In this document: positions 1 through 13,602 of the stretch, in pieces
Layout: every line of letters starts with the position of its first letter
Numbering within the stretch: the stretch's first letter is position 1
NCBI GenBank assembly: GCA_000165425.1
Contig: CT868664.1
Coordinates: 186,001 to 250,000 of the forward strand
Source of the DNA: Paramecium tetraurelia
Taxonomy: Eukaryota
Length of the DNA: 64,000 nucleotides
Reading direction: 5' to 3'
Position numbers and translations under genes: made by a program
The notes under the pieces: model-generated
The model's database searches: none
The model's input: only the letters and a program-made list of their open reading frames with translations
What the model was told of the DNA's origin: nothing

Positions 1-256
1 TGAATTTTTAATAAGAGAAGCATATATTCTTGAATAAATGGAAAGAATTGAACATAGAGAAATCATAACTTTTTAGATTTGAATGTTTTGAGTTAATTCT
101 TAACTGCAGATAAAAATGCTTGAAGAGTAAATTATTGAACACAAAACGATATAAGATTAATGAATGGACAAGATCTAAAGTTTAGGTTTTTTATGCCATA
201 GCAAGTACTAATAATTATTTTATAATCTAATAATAATAATATGTATTTTGTATTCT

Positions 257-585
257 TCAACCCATTTTATAAAGTAAAATTGCCATTTATCCTTCATAAA
301 AGAACATATATCTTTTACTCTCGTAAGATGCGTAAGAGTTAAAATGTTTTCCTTAAATATTGATAAATCATATTTGTACCAACAACACAATGCCAATTAG
401 GACCATATTTTTCATCAAAGAATTTTTTAATGTAATTTGAGATCTACGATTCTATTTTAAAATGTTCGACTGCATATTTTGCCTATTAATATTAAATAAT
501 CGTATTAAACTTGGGTTCTTGCATCGTTAATCATATCAGATTATTCAGGCATATCTATAATCTAATCTAAATTCTCGTCAGCCAT
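257..585 (-). CDS. LC8: Dynein light chain LC8 family
   Basis: Code-6 translation [90 protein letters not shown]. It carries the LC8 signature FDxKYGPxWHCVVG and two tiny introns (e.g. 483-510). Confidence 0.92.
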
Positions 586-1202
586 CTGAAACTGAAATTA
601 ATATATTATTTTAAATATAATAATAGATCCCTGAGCAAATATAAATACAAAAATTTGTAATTTTGATTAAAAATTATCAATCGATAAACATATGATGCTA
701 TAATCTTGTTGTTGTTGTTCCTATTTAAAGAAAAAATCAACGAAAATCAATATAAAAATTAATTCCGATATTGTCCTCTACTCTTGATTCATGGTTATTA
801 AAAGATAGTCATTTTTAAATATTTAGACAATTCAAATTGCAAAATTCATTAAGATGTTTCATTTATTATTAAACTAAAAGATGTCAAGCTAGTCAAATTA
901 TTCATTAATAATTTATTTTAGTTGTAAATCAAAAACGTGTTTATACATACTGAATTGTTTTTCAATAGGCCATTTTGAATCATCAATTAGGTTTTTTTAT
1001 TTCTTTAAGTGAAATGATGTTTTACATAAAATTCAAACTTGTTTCTTAATTAACTATTCCTTCAAATAATTCTTTGAGAAATGTTTTTTCCATGACATTA
1101 TAATACAAAGACATTTCTAAACTTTCTATGACTGTTTTGATAACAAATTCTAGATATATATATTTTATTATATTTTTATTTTATTTTTATATCTTGATTC
1201 TT

Positions 1203-1625
1203 TCAATCATCATCTCCTCCTTCATCTCCTCCTTCTTCTAAGTCACCATATGTCTTCTATTCAAATTTAGGATCATGATAATCTTGCCAATCGAATCTTG
1301 GTTTAGTGTATAAACAACTAAAAAGCCAACATCCTGTTAAAAATAAACCACATCTTGTAAACATAGCTACATTAATTTGATATTTCTTACTTCTAGTCCA
1401 ATAATCATTAAAGTCTCTGTGAGATTTACTCAACACATATCCCCATTTATTTGGATTTTATTCTACAATACCTTCCCTGAGCATCCAAGAAGCTGTTTCA
1501 TAGCTTATTGCTATATTTTTCACTTTATATTAGAATTCTCCTGGCTTCTCAAATAATCCCTCTTTGAATGCTGCAGGCATTGAAGATCGTTGCCCTGCTT
1601 TCTAAAATATTTTCCACAAAGCCAT
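1203..1625 (-). CDS. Small single-TM protein with acidic C-tail, possibly a mitochondrial inner-membrane accessory subunit
   Basis: MALWKIFQKAGQRSSMPAAFKEG...DFNDYWTR/TMFTRCGLFLTGCWLFSCLYTKPRFDWQDYHDPK...EEGGDEGGDDD*. One 24-nt GT..AG intron. The mitochondrial guess is inference from the basic N-terminus plus one hydrophobic helix. Confidence 0.7.
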
Positions 1626-1669
1626 TATTTATTTAAAATAATAATAATATTGAATATTATTCTTTAAGT

Positions 1670-4666
1670 TCAAAGTTCATTATAGATATTTACTGCCATC
1701 ATTCCTATTCCTTCAGAATTGCTTCCACTAATTTCATATAATACGCTTTTCACTTCCTTCATATCCTCATGGTTGATTTCATCAAAGTATTCACACTCCT
1801 TTATTTGTTTATATAAATTTATTCCCAAAACATTTAATAGTTCTGTTTCTTTCATTTCATTCATGAATTCAATAATCTTATTCATAATCTTATTATTTAA
1901 TTTATTTATTTGTGGACCTACCATCATCATAAATCTATTATTTAATCATTAAAATACTGTATCTTTTATAAATCATCACAATTCTCAAACAATATTTCAT
2001 ACCCCTCGTTCACATTCTGTTTTGCCTTATTTAATGCTTATTCAAAATAATATCTATTTCTTTTATCTCTTGTTTTTTTCTAGCTTTTCTTTTGAGCCTT
2101 TTTGTTTGTCAAACTTTCCTTAAATTCTTCTCTTTCAATTAACCCTTATTTTTTATTATTGCATTCTGAAATTTAGTTCTCTATTAATTCTCCCTTTTTA
2201 TTTTGTATTTCTTCGATCTTTTTTGTTTCTTGTCTATTTAATTACAATTTCCCTTCATTACCCTTTTATTAAAATATCGCTTAATCTTCTCTAATATCCT
2301 TTTATTCTAAGTCATCTCTTGTTGCGTCAAGCTTTTAGATATCCTCTGTTGTCACATCAAGTTCTAGATTTTCTTCTTGTATAACTTACCCAGATTTAAC
2401 TTTTATCTCATTCTATTTTCTTTCATAAATATTTTACTCTATAACTTCTTAATCCTGTTAAAATTCTTAGTTCATATTCTTATCTTCTATCAATTCCTAT
2501 TCATAATTAATATTATTGTTTTTGGAAATATATTCTTTTGGAAATTCTTAAATGGATGCATCAAAATTCGATATTTATTTTATTTCAAAAATTTTAAGAT
2601 TCTCATTATCAACATTTTAATTGTTTTCTAAATCTTCAAATTCTATTTCATCCTCTTCCTATTTTTATACTTTTCCACTTCTAACTTTTTAACTCTACTG
2701 TTGAATCCTCTCATAATGCAATTCATAATTTTTTTATTCTTCTTAAGATGTTTATTTATGATATTACTCTTATATTTCTGTTATCTATTATTTAACTTTC
2801 TCTTCAGGAAAATCATTTGAGAAACCTTTTTCATCATTATTATATTTAATTTACGATTGTTTTTCAAACTCTGTTTATTATGTATTCAAATTTTGTTATT
2901 AATCTTTATCAATGATTTGAACTATTTCTTTGACATTATCAGAATTTCCTTTTTCTTCATATTAATCTTATGAATGCAATGATTTTTTCATTGTCTAAAC
3001 ATTATCAATGTATTGAATATTTGGCATCCTACTCAATTATTAAGAATCTTCTTTATTTTACTATCTTTGCATCAAGCTATCTTGTAATTCTTCTTTTTAT
3101 TCAATAATCTAGCTTTATTGTCCATGAGATTATTGTTGGATAACTTAAAATGGATTAGTTTCTAAAGAATCATCAAAAATATCTTCATCCTTGTTCTTTT
3201 ACTCTTATTGACCATCACCTTTCTCCCATTTCAATAATTATGAAGCCTAGTTTCTTCTCATTTCTTCCATGTCTTCTTCTAATAATTGAGATTTTGGTGA
3301 ATTAGACCTTATTTCATTTATTTTCTCCCTGATTTTAGGTTTTACTGCTTAATTCTGGAGTTTCTTAGGTAGACTGGGAGATCTTGAATTCTTTCTCACA
3401 AATGAACTTGCCCTCACTAAACTTTAAAACCCTCTTTTCTAATACTCTGTATATGGAGTCTAACAAAATCCAATTTTATTATAAAATTAGTCAAATTAAT
3501 ATTCAATTAATTTGATTTCTTATTCCTTCCAAGCTGATATTGCTTTCTTAGCTGCCGTCTACACATCCACTCTTCTGTCATTAACTAATTTTTCCATCTC
3601 TTTTATTACTTCATTTGACATCATTCTTGTTTTTGATCCCATATGCTCAATAATCTTACAGGCTTAACAAACAACTAAATAGTATTTTGAATTCTTATTA
3701 ATTGGCACCTAACAATACTTTAGAGTTCTTTAAATAATGATTTCTTGATTCAAATTCAAATTTAAACATAGTAAAAATTCTATGCACTTCAAAAACTCTA
3801 AACTGTCTATCATCAATTTCTATTCTATTTTATAATTTTACTTTAAAAATTTCGAAAATTAATTATCCTAAAATAGTAAACTCCTCTATCTTATTCTTTT
3901 ACTTTAAAAAATAACACAAAAAAGGTAAAATTGTCCCCACTTGAACTTGTCTTGCTTTATCAAATATAGATTCATTTAATTCTTAATAAATATTAGACAC
4001 ATTCATTTGAGATAATAATTATATTAGAACATAGCTTATCGCTTAAATTGTTGTATCAGCATTACTCTATATATAATCAATTCTTACATTCATATGCTTT
4101 TTGATTATTTGAAAAATCTTATCAATTAAATAAGGGTTTAAAGATTCTTCATTTTACTTTATTATTTCACCTAAAGTTATCAATTCCATATCAATTGCTA
4201 GTGTATTTTAACTATTTGTTTTAGGATTAATATTTTTTTTTGAACTGCTGTATAAACATTCAATCATTGTTTAAACCGACTGTAAGTCTTTGTTTTTCTC
4301 AATCAAATTAAAACATAGTGAGACACCTGAATCTCTAGTTAAATTATCATTGAATTTTTCAATTGCATTCACGAATTGGGCTCCTAATTCCTTATTTTAT
4401 GGTAAAGGTTAAAAGCTTTAATGAACTTATTGATTGGTTCTTTCTTTTTTCACTTGTTTTTGTTATAACTGATTGGAAGACGTAAAATGTTCTTTTAACT
4501 CTTATAATTATTGTTATCTTCTATCATGTAAAGCCGTCTTTGGTCTGGGTTAATTTCTTCTTGAATTCCATTCCTTATCTATGTTATCGTTCAATTCTGG
4601 ATTATTTAGACCAACCAATAGCATTTCTTTTGCTACATCCAAGCTCTCGTCATTTTCTTAATTCAT
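1670..4666 (-). CDS. HEAT-repeat / low-complexity linker / C-terminal domain protein, TORTIFOLIA1/SPIRAL2-like
   Basis: Long code-6 ORF from ATG at 4666 to TGA at 1670. HEAT-like end 'LVNDRRVDVQTAAKKAISAWKE', an acidic coiled-coil middle, and C-terminal 'EGYEILFENCDDLQKIQFMMMVGPQINKLNNKIMNKIIEF'. Confidence 0.6.
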
Positions 4667-5269
4667 ATTCAATTATTAAATACTTTTATTATCAATATAA
4701 AAAAAATAACAATTATTATTCCTTTTTGAATTATATAAATATTATATTTTTAGAAAAGTAGTTCAACCATTATTTTAAGTGATAACTAAAGTGTTATTTA
4801 CAATTAATTATCATCCTCATTCTTACATATTCTCTTTTAACAAATGGGCCTTAATCCTACTTTGAAATTGTCCTCTGTTGTAAAATTCTATGCAATCTAT
4901 TAACTTTATATTTCTTTAATTATCTTTTAAAGGCATATTTTCTAAAAGGAAATAATAGTCAAGGTATAAAATGTTAAAATTCTTGAAATGATAGAATAAC
5001 ACTGTTATTGTTTGTCTTTAAACCTAATGAACTTATTATTAATTATTAGAATTCTGTATCCTTTTTCTCGCATCTTAATCCTATTGGTTTATATTTAATA
5101 AACTTTCTAATATTATTTGTCTAAACTGATTAATATAACTCACTTTAACTTATAGTTACCAGAAGGAATTTATTATTATATAAATAAAATATCATTTTAT
5201 TCATATTTAGCAACTCAGCTTCAATTAGCAGACTCATTTAGATGTTAAATTATTTATGGTATTAATTTT

Positions 5270-5536
5270 TGATAATTTATTTTAAAGATTGAACTATCAA
5301 TATGTTAAGATTATTGGATCAATAATACTAATAATGGTCGCTCTATAATTTTGATAATTTTCTGAATAAATTTCTTTTAATCTACTATTAGAGAGATGAG
5401 AATGTTATTTTAAGTATTAAGAATATTGATTTATGTTAACATCCGAAAATAGCTCAGTTGGTAGAGCGAGGGACTGTAGTGTTAATTCAGTTATCCCCAG
5501 GTCGGTGGTTCAAATCCGCCTTTTCGGAGTTTTTTA
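5270..5536. repeat. Left arm of inverted duplication (tRNA-Tyr plus upstream flank); partner at ~13510-13733
   Basis: The tRNA is identical to the reverse complement of 13517-13602. About 100 nt of upstream flank is highly similar, and a further block TTGATAATTTATTTTAAAGATTGAA matches the reverse complement near 13710-13733. Confidence 0.9.
5443..5528 (+). tRNA. tRNA-Tyr (GTA) with 13-nt intron
   Basis: Acceptor stem CCGAAAA/TTTTCGG+A, D arm GCTC..GAGC, anticodon loop CT-GTA-G followed by intron TGTTAATTCAGTT, T loop GGTTCAAATCC, downstream T-run. Confidence 0.96.
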
Positions 5537-5688
5537 TTTTTATTATTGTAACAATATTCTGAATATACTAATGTTTTTTTCTTGAAATTTTTAAAAAAGA
5601 ATTTTTAGTAAATTAAGGAGAATATTTTTTATTGCCCATTTTTTTTTGGTTTAAAAAGAAAAAGATTTTTACAGAATAATAATATTTT

Positions 5689-6456
5689 ATGTTGAGTAAG
5701 ATTAAAGTTGGAAGGCCAAAGAAATAATTAATTGAAATGTAAGGTGGCATTGCAAATTATGGTTATTTGTTTAATGATCATGATTGTGTTAAGCTTTTGA
5801 AATTATTATCAATTCAAGGCAATTACAAATTTAGAATTTTAACAGGGCCGCGAAATAAGATAAAGCCAATTGTATAATAAAATGATGAAGTTGAGGAATC
5901 TAATGACTTGATTAATCCAAAATACTTTTTTTTAACAACAGAAAAGAGGAAATATTCAATTGAAAATGAACAAATAGTGGATAATAATTAGTACCTGTTT
6001 ATTAATTCAAATTAATTCTCCCCTAAATTCGAACTTTTAATTAATAAGCTCAATGTCCTATTAAAAGAATTGGATAATAATTTTATATATCTTTTATTAG
6101 ATATATTAATACTGTATACAGAGTGTTTTGATTATAATTTACAGGTTAATACATAAGTAGAATATATAATTCAACAATTAGAATCCCCAAAATATTCTAA
6201 GAATTTCTAATATTTATTGAATTGGTAAATTTAAACAAATAAAACTAAAGAAGTCAGATACAAAGTTTTTTTGGAGTTTCTACAATAAAAAGAAAGGCTA
6301 ATAAATAACAAGAGATCAAAAAAAGTAATTGAAAAACATAGAAAATTTATCTAAAAGCAAAATAATTAAATGTTAGAAATTATGTCTATGGAACCCATTA
6401 ACTATCTAATATCCAAGTTAGTCAAGAGATTTAATAAAATAATGAGAACCAATTGA
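5689..6456 (+). CDS. Hypothetical intronless 255-aa protein with N-terminal GRPKK (AT-hook-like) motif
   Basis: ATG at 5689 to TGA at 6454-6456, 768 nt, in frame under code 6; begins MLSKIKVGRPKKQLIEMQGG. Confidence 0.6.
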
Positions 6457-8853
6457 ATTATATATTATATATTAAGAGTATTTATTTCTGTCAATTATTT
6501 TGAATATTTTTCACTACATAAATTGTATCTAAGACTTATAAATGAATATGGCAAATTAATTTTTATCTTTACTTTTGATAATTAAGATATGCACTCAACG
6601 TGATTCTTAAAGATTGTATAAAATTAAATAACTCATTATTTCTCAAATAATTTAAGTGTCTAAAGATACAAATTAGCCTCCTTTTAAATTTGAAATATTA
6701 TTCATGACTTTTGGATAATGATCAGCTCCATATCCAAAAGTATCAATAGTAAAAATATCTTATAGTCAATCAAAACCTACTTACATCTTGAATCTGCTCC
6801 TTTATCAAAAACAATTAGAATTATAATTATGAGGAAATTTTAATTGAATGCTTCAATAGAAATTTATTATAATAGAAATTTTAGGTATGGTTTTTTAAAC
6901 CTTCAGCGATCCTTTTCGAAGGGATATTTCTAAATTAATCGAGAAGCAGGTGTGAAATTCTGTTTTCATTGCTGTCTATGATGAAATAAATGTTGCTATG
7001 ATAAACCCATATTTATCTATATCATGACTCATTCTCTAATAATATTACTAAATCATGATAAATTTGAAAGAAGAGATTAATTATTTTTATAATACTTTAA
7101 GGCTAAATTTTAAGTGATAATAAGAAGTATTAACTAAATAAATCAATTAGTTCTTCTTATAAATAAATAAAGGATACATTTTTGGTCCATCAGATGTTAT
7201 ATTACTGTTTAAAATAGAAATTTTCGAATGTATAAACGCATCGAATCTGATATATACGAATGTCACAACTTAAATGTTGTATATTTAATTTTTATATTAC
7301 ACATCAAAATAACAGAATAAGCATCTATTTAATTGGTGACTTTATAATAAAGCAAGATTTAGTTATCTGGAAGATAGTATTTTTCAAATGATTTAGAAGG
7401 ATATTCATCATTTAATTTCTATTTGAAAAATTAAAGAAAGGATGATGAGATGAAGATTTGTTACATTATAAAATCTAGAAGTATTTTTTTTTAATATATA
7501 TGTTAAAATGTTATTATGTCTTTATGAGCATTTATTTTCAAATCCAATTTACCTAAACCTAGAGAATTATCTGTAATCCATTCATTCATTTTATGAATTT
7601 CTTAATAATTATATTATAAACTTGATTAAATTTTAGGGTTGTATTTTCCAATCTGATAAAGTTTCAAAACCTAATTGCTATCTCGGATAGGTTATGATCA
7701 AATGCTGGCAAGTAAAAAGATCAGATAAATAAGATCAGAAAATCTTCTAATATATGATACTTGATCTGATAATGTTAGTTTGAAATGATCTTTAATATAA
7801 AAATGATGAATGAGAAAAACAAATAAATCAGAAGAATTGATGGTAATATAATAAATAAGATCTAGAAATTCAAAAAATTACAAAAAACGTTTGAGTTTAT
7901 GCTTTTATTAAAGTTTAATAATATTGGAATGATATTGAAAATCTCAAAAAAACAATTTATCATATTTTGCAAAAAATGTTATTATCATCTATCAGTCTTA
8001 CTTTTACTTTTTGAAATAAAATAAAATGTGACTTTAATTCATTAAATTATGAGGAGATGATAGAATTTGAAAAGTATTGCTATTCTTAGATAGAAAAACT
8101 CTTATAAATTTATTGTAAAGTTGAATTGAATATTCTTAGATATTTAATTAAGGTCTTATTCTTAGTAATCATAAATACTAAACAATAAATACTGGGAATA
8201 GGCACATTTTTTGCTAGAACAAAGAATTAACCAAATTAATAAAAAACTATCTTATACTTAAATTTGAATAGTATAATTATATGATATTTACGTTTGTCAT
8301 TATATGTGAATAAGTATTTATATATTGGTAATGGAATTAAACGAACCAGGTTAAGGAATTAATGGGTTAAAAAAATGATTATAATTTTACAATATTTTAA
8401 TCACCAAAGAGTGATGAATTATTTAGATATATATTAAAGATTAAATCAATTTTAATCCAAAAAAATTGAAATGACTTCGAAATATCTTAATGTAAGATTA
8501 ATTTTTTTAAATCTAAACAAATTATGAAAAAGATAAATATATTGAGTTTTTGGACTATATAATAAAGGTACTCCTTCATTTAAATAAATTGATTTTATTA
8601 ATATATATTGATTAAATTTTAGTGCTGATAGAAAGGCTTGGCAAAATAAAATAAGCAATCTAAAATTACAAAGCAGCAATAAAGAAATGCACAAAAGTCG
8701 AAACCATTTTTTTAAAAACGAAGAAAAAGATTAAAAAACAAATAATATTTAATCTAAAGTACGAACAATAAATGATTAAATTAACAATCTTTAACGACAT
8801 TTATATATATATAATTTTATTTAGTGTAAATTATCAGAATATGATATTTCTAT

Positions 8854-10577
8854 TCATACTTCAGTGGATTATCTTTTGATAGAGAAGAGGAACTATAGAT
8901 CAATCTCACTTTTATAAATGCTTACTGGGTATAGAATTTCCAACTTTATTATCTAATCTAATAGTTATAATAATTCTGGCGATAAGTATTTTTGATGGGT
9001 TTTCTAAAAATTTTGTAGATTGTTAAATATAACTAAAATATTGATTTTCTTATTAAATGTTTCTGATAAAAATGAAATTTCTGCAGCGTTAGTTTTATTT
9101 TTAAATTTTTTATGAAGAAAAATAGTGAATGATTGAAATTACCTTCTAAATTTATGATATTCTGCTTAGATATTATTCTGTAATTTTTCATAATTTGAAA
9201 AGTTGTCTAAAATCTGATTTTATAAGTGTTTATAAATTTACTAATCTGCTGAAATATTTTTAATTCCATTTTAAACATCACGTAATTTATCAATTAATAT
9301 TAATTGATCATTCTCCTGTGATATAATTGGATGGAACTCAAATGGTCTGATATAAATTAATGCTAGGGCATATTGCAATTGATAACTTGCTATAATGTAA
9401 ACATTCAAATTTAACAAAGAAACAGTCCCATCATCATTGATATTTTTGATAAAAGATTTACAAATTTTGAATCTATTATAAAATAACTCCAATAATCTCT
9501 ATAACTTAATTAATCTTTTTGAAATTAATACTACTCTTTTTTTTTCAAAATTTTATGACTTATTTAAAATACCTTGACTTTTAAATAATCTACTCTCATT
9601 AATTAAGCTTGTACTCTCATAATTAAATTCCATAGCCTCTGCTATGCCTCTAGTATTCATTACTGGGTGGTGGATGATTTCAGAAAACGAAATTCTATCT
9701 TCTTCACTGTATACTATCATCCTCTCAATTAGGTTTTTTAACATATTTGCTTTATTGTAATTTAGTGGAGCTGCTCTCAGGGGATTTTTTCTAAGATTTT
9801 CCAAACTTAAAAATCTTGTTTACATTGAATCACAATTGTAAGGAAATTAAGATTTGTAACATATTTAATGAAATAAAACTCCAAGAGAATATATGTCACT
9901 TTTTTCTGAAACAATGCCATTCTCAAATATTTGAGGGGCTGAGTAATTTGGAGTTCCTGTTCTAATCAAATCATTCTTTTTAGAAAGTACTTTCATCAAT
10001 CTTCCAATACTAAAATCTGAAATCTTTAAAATGAATTTTTAGTAATTACTTTATATATTTTTCCCTCGCTTACTTGACCTCTACTTTCATATTTAATAAG
10101 AATATTCTCTGGCTTAATATCTTAATGTATTATTTTTAATTCCTACAAATATTAGTAGCCTGTAGTAATTTATTGTATTAAGTCGAAAACTTATTCTTCT
10201 GTATACCATTCATTATTTTCATTCAAATTATCAAATTCACTTTATAAATCTTCATCACAAAGTTCCATAACAATGTATAATAAATACCCTTCATAAAAAA
10301 TATCAATTATTTCAACTAAATTTTTTTATTAAGGACAATTTTTGTGGAACTCTGATATCGTTTTGATAATAATATTCTCAGTTTCACCTACTGTTCCTAT
10401 TTATTGATTTTCCAAATTTATAGGAATTATTTTAACACAATAAATTGTGGGATCAGTATTATCAATTTTTTGACAAGAATGCACTTCACCAAAGCACCCT
10501 TCACCATAAAACTCATCCCTTAGAATGGTATATTTATCTTAAAAATGAGATAAGTTGGATTAGGATATCAAATTCAT
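8854..10577 (-). CDS. Ser/Thr protein kinase with variant motifs and a helical C-terminal region
   Basis: GEGCFGEV, YCVKII, IIHQDIKPENILI, K/ISDFSIGR (across a 26-nt intron), GTPNYSAPQ, DIYSLG. Removing the intron restores a length divisible by 3. Confidence 0.85.
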
Positions 10578-11849
10578 ATTTAAGCTAAATCTTAATTAAT
10601 TCTATTAACCTTTTGTCATTTATAATAATCATTTCATTTGTATATTCTATTAGATTTTCTTTATATGAGATTATACTTGTAATTGATACTTTGATCTAGA
10701 GATGTATGTAATAAATTTTCATATTCTCAATTTCATTAAAAAAGATTATAATGAAGCTTAAAATTCTTTCAAATCATGGTCCTTGGATGGTGTAGGTTGC
10801 ATCTAATCTTTATAGATTTTCAAATTGGTGCATTTTCATATTATTTTTATTCTAAATGCTGAATTGTCTATTTCATCTATATAGATTCAAAAGTATGAAT
10901 AAAAATACTGCAAAATTAGCTATCATGTCTACTAAATCAAAATAATAATTATTTGAGGATAAGACAATCAAATGCCAATTATGATCATTATGAAAAATGG
11001 GGGCAATAACACGTTTTATTATCGTTTTTAATTTGTCGGATGTTGTTTCTTATATTTGATGAGAGACTGATATCCTCACTATCTCAGTTAATTTGGAATC
11101 TATTCCAAATTATGTGCATGAATTCTAACTGTTTCACCCTAAGAAAATTGAATAAAATAACAACATTTATAGAATATATTTGATTTCAATATTACATTAA
11201 AATTATCAAGATTTGATTTATTCTCACTCGTATTTTCAAATTGTATTCTAATTGAACTATGTTATATTCAAAATAACAACATTAAATGGGTTTTCTAAAT
11301 TATACACGCAAGATGACCGTCCCCTGCCATTCATATAAGTATCATACTGTGTTAAGGTATTAATATCATACAAAAAATATAACTAAAATTATTAGAAAAC
11401 CTCATAATTGTAATTAATAAACTTCAAACATAGTTATCAATAAACTAAAACTATTTTATTAACTTCATATATATTTGCTAAACTCAAAGTTCTTCAATTT
11501 TCAGTAAACATAACATTTAGTTATGCAAATTTGTCAATGCTTTGGAACTAGATATTGAACATAATTTTTACAAAATTATTTTTGAAAAACTAATAAAAGG
11601 TTTCTATATCTTAATTATATATCCATTTTGTATTCTTTAATCGTTGTTGTCAGTTGCAGATAACATAATCATTTATAACATTCGAACAACATTAATACAT
11701 TTTAAAATTTTCAATTTATTTAATAATGACCTCAATTTTGATTAACTTATCTCCCAAGCCATTCGAGATTTTCCACAACCCCAACAATAATTTTAATTTG
11801 ATCTTTACGTTTAGTTCAACAAATTAAAATGAATATAGAATAACAAACC

Positions 11850-13300
11850 TGACATGGGCAGCGTTGCAACTCTTTAAATTTGAAGAAGTTATTGTTAATT
11901 CCAATTCGAAGAAAATCAGTCAAATGCTGAAAGATATCTTATTATATATCTACACATATATTCAAAAGTTATTAATCATTAAATAGCCTAATATAATTTT
12001 ATAAATAAATTGTAATTTTAATGTGTAATAAATTCTTCATTAGACAGCATTAAAAAAATAGCAGCATCACTATCACTTACTTCAAAATAAACATATTTTT
12101 TGATTTAAAATTAAGAAAGAATACTTTAATTTTATATTAAGAAGGAAAGAGAAGATTTTAAGTCGGGGTCAATTTGTATTGCTTGATGTTTTAAGTTTCA
12201 AAAATTGATTTTATTGTTTTCCTCGTCAAGATAGGGATTAAGAAGAATACCTTTTGGTTTAAGTACTTCGTAAAATGATTGGAAAAGAAATGGTTTCAAT
12301 ACTAAACTATCAAATTAGGATATACATCTTTAATTAGATAACTCAGAAGAACTAGAGAAAATCACCTAATCTCAAGGTATATCTTGAGGTTTTGATTCTA
12401 AGCATTTATTTGACAAAGAGTGGGCTGTCAATGTACTTTTTACTTTATAGCCAAATCACGCTTACTTTAAGAAATATGACCAGAAAATATGATCTATAAA
12501 GCCTCACTTAGGAATAGATTATGTAAATAGAAATTAATATTCTAGGAAGATTAAATCTCTTGATTTGACTTAAGGGAAAAGGTCAGCTGTAAAGCGAATT
12601 TTTCGAGGAGCAAAGGATAAATCAGCTCAAATTCAAGAATAAAAAAATCAGACAGGAAAAAAATATTGGTGAATAAAATATCAAAAAAATAAAGATTAAT
12701 TTAAAAAATTAGAGACCCTTGATTCATTGATCAAAGAATTTGGTTGTAAAAACCTTATATTATTCATTTGAAATTAAACTACAAAAAACTTAAATAAATT
12801 AATGGAAACACTTCATTAGAATCAAGTAAAAATGTCTTTGAAAGTGTTCAAGGAGTAAGACTAAATTAGACACCTTTATTTTTGCTAGGTGGAATCTGTA
12901 ATAATTTTGAAAATGTAAGGAAAAATATACAAAAATTATAGTGTCAAAATTTTTGTTCTTAAGACTATGTCACAGAATAATAATTCTTTAAACAAAAAAA
13001 ATTTCCAAAAATAATTTTAAATGCTAATTTCCATTTTTATTTTTGATAAATTCCGCATGTAAAAATGGAAAAAACTCTTGAACTTAACAATGGTCATACA
13101 AGTCTCAAAAGATGTTGAATGTAATTTGCCAGAATTTAAAGAGATTTTATGAGAATTAAATTAATGTATTTCAAAATATGATGATCCAAGTAACAAACCA
13201 AATTCTTTCAAATTTTAAATTCCTAAGAACAGACACTTTGTTATGTTAAGTCTGTCAGCTTGAATTTAAGTATTTTGATAAAAATCATAATGCCATTTCT
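11850..13300 (+). pseudogene. Decayed gene, RasGAP/IQGAP GRD-like remnant
   Basis: Coding-like stretches with intact tiny introns (gtttcaatactaaactatcaaattag near 12293-12318; gtaaatagaaattaatattctag near 12523-12545) but in-frame TGAs. Peptide 'QEEYLLVQVLRKMIGKEM' recalls IQGAP 'REEYLLLRLFKTALQEE'. Confidence 0.35.
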
Positions 13301-13516
13301 TAGCATGTTGCTAACTAATTTCATTAAAATGAGATTCATCGATTCTGGAAAAAGGGAAATATTATTATGATAATGAACAATAAGCAATCAAATCAAAGAA
13401 TAAAATAATAAATAATTAAAGATTCTTCTTTAATAAGATGAAGAACACAAGTAAGAAAGAAATTAAAAATTTACACACGAATAGTAATTCAGAAAATTTT
13501 GTAATAATCAAAAAAC

Positions 13517-13602
13517 TCCGAAAAGGCGGATTTGAACCACCGACCTGGGGATAACTGAATTAACACTACAGTCCCTCGCTCTACCAACTGAGCTATTTTC
13601 GG
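13517..13602 (-). tRNA. tRNA-Tyr (GTA) with 13-nt intron, second identical copy
   Basis: Exact reverse complement of 5443-5528, with a downstream T-run (AAAAAA at ~13510-13515 on the + strand). Confidence 0.96.

Noticed and set aside
1..240. Possible 3' end of a + strand gene
   Set aside because: Too short and no recognisable motif.
640..1150. Coding-like minus-strand stretch (..EKTFLKELFEG..; ..IDDSKWPIEKQF..)
   Set aside because: The frames do not join and there is no clear start, intron or homology.
10940..11030. Minus-strand peptide IAPIFHNDHNWHLIVL resembling the Ulp1 protease His motif
   Set aside because: No downstream Q..DCG motif and the frame is interrupted by TGA; probably chance similarity.
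12368..12391. Near-palindrome AATCTCAAGGTATATCTTGAGGTT
   Set aside because: Short, imperfect and single; no second copy or target-site duplication to indicate a transposon end or IES.
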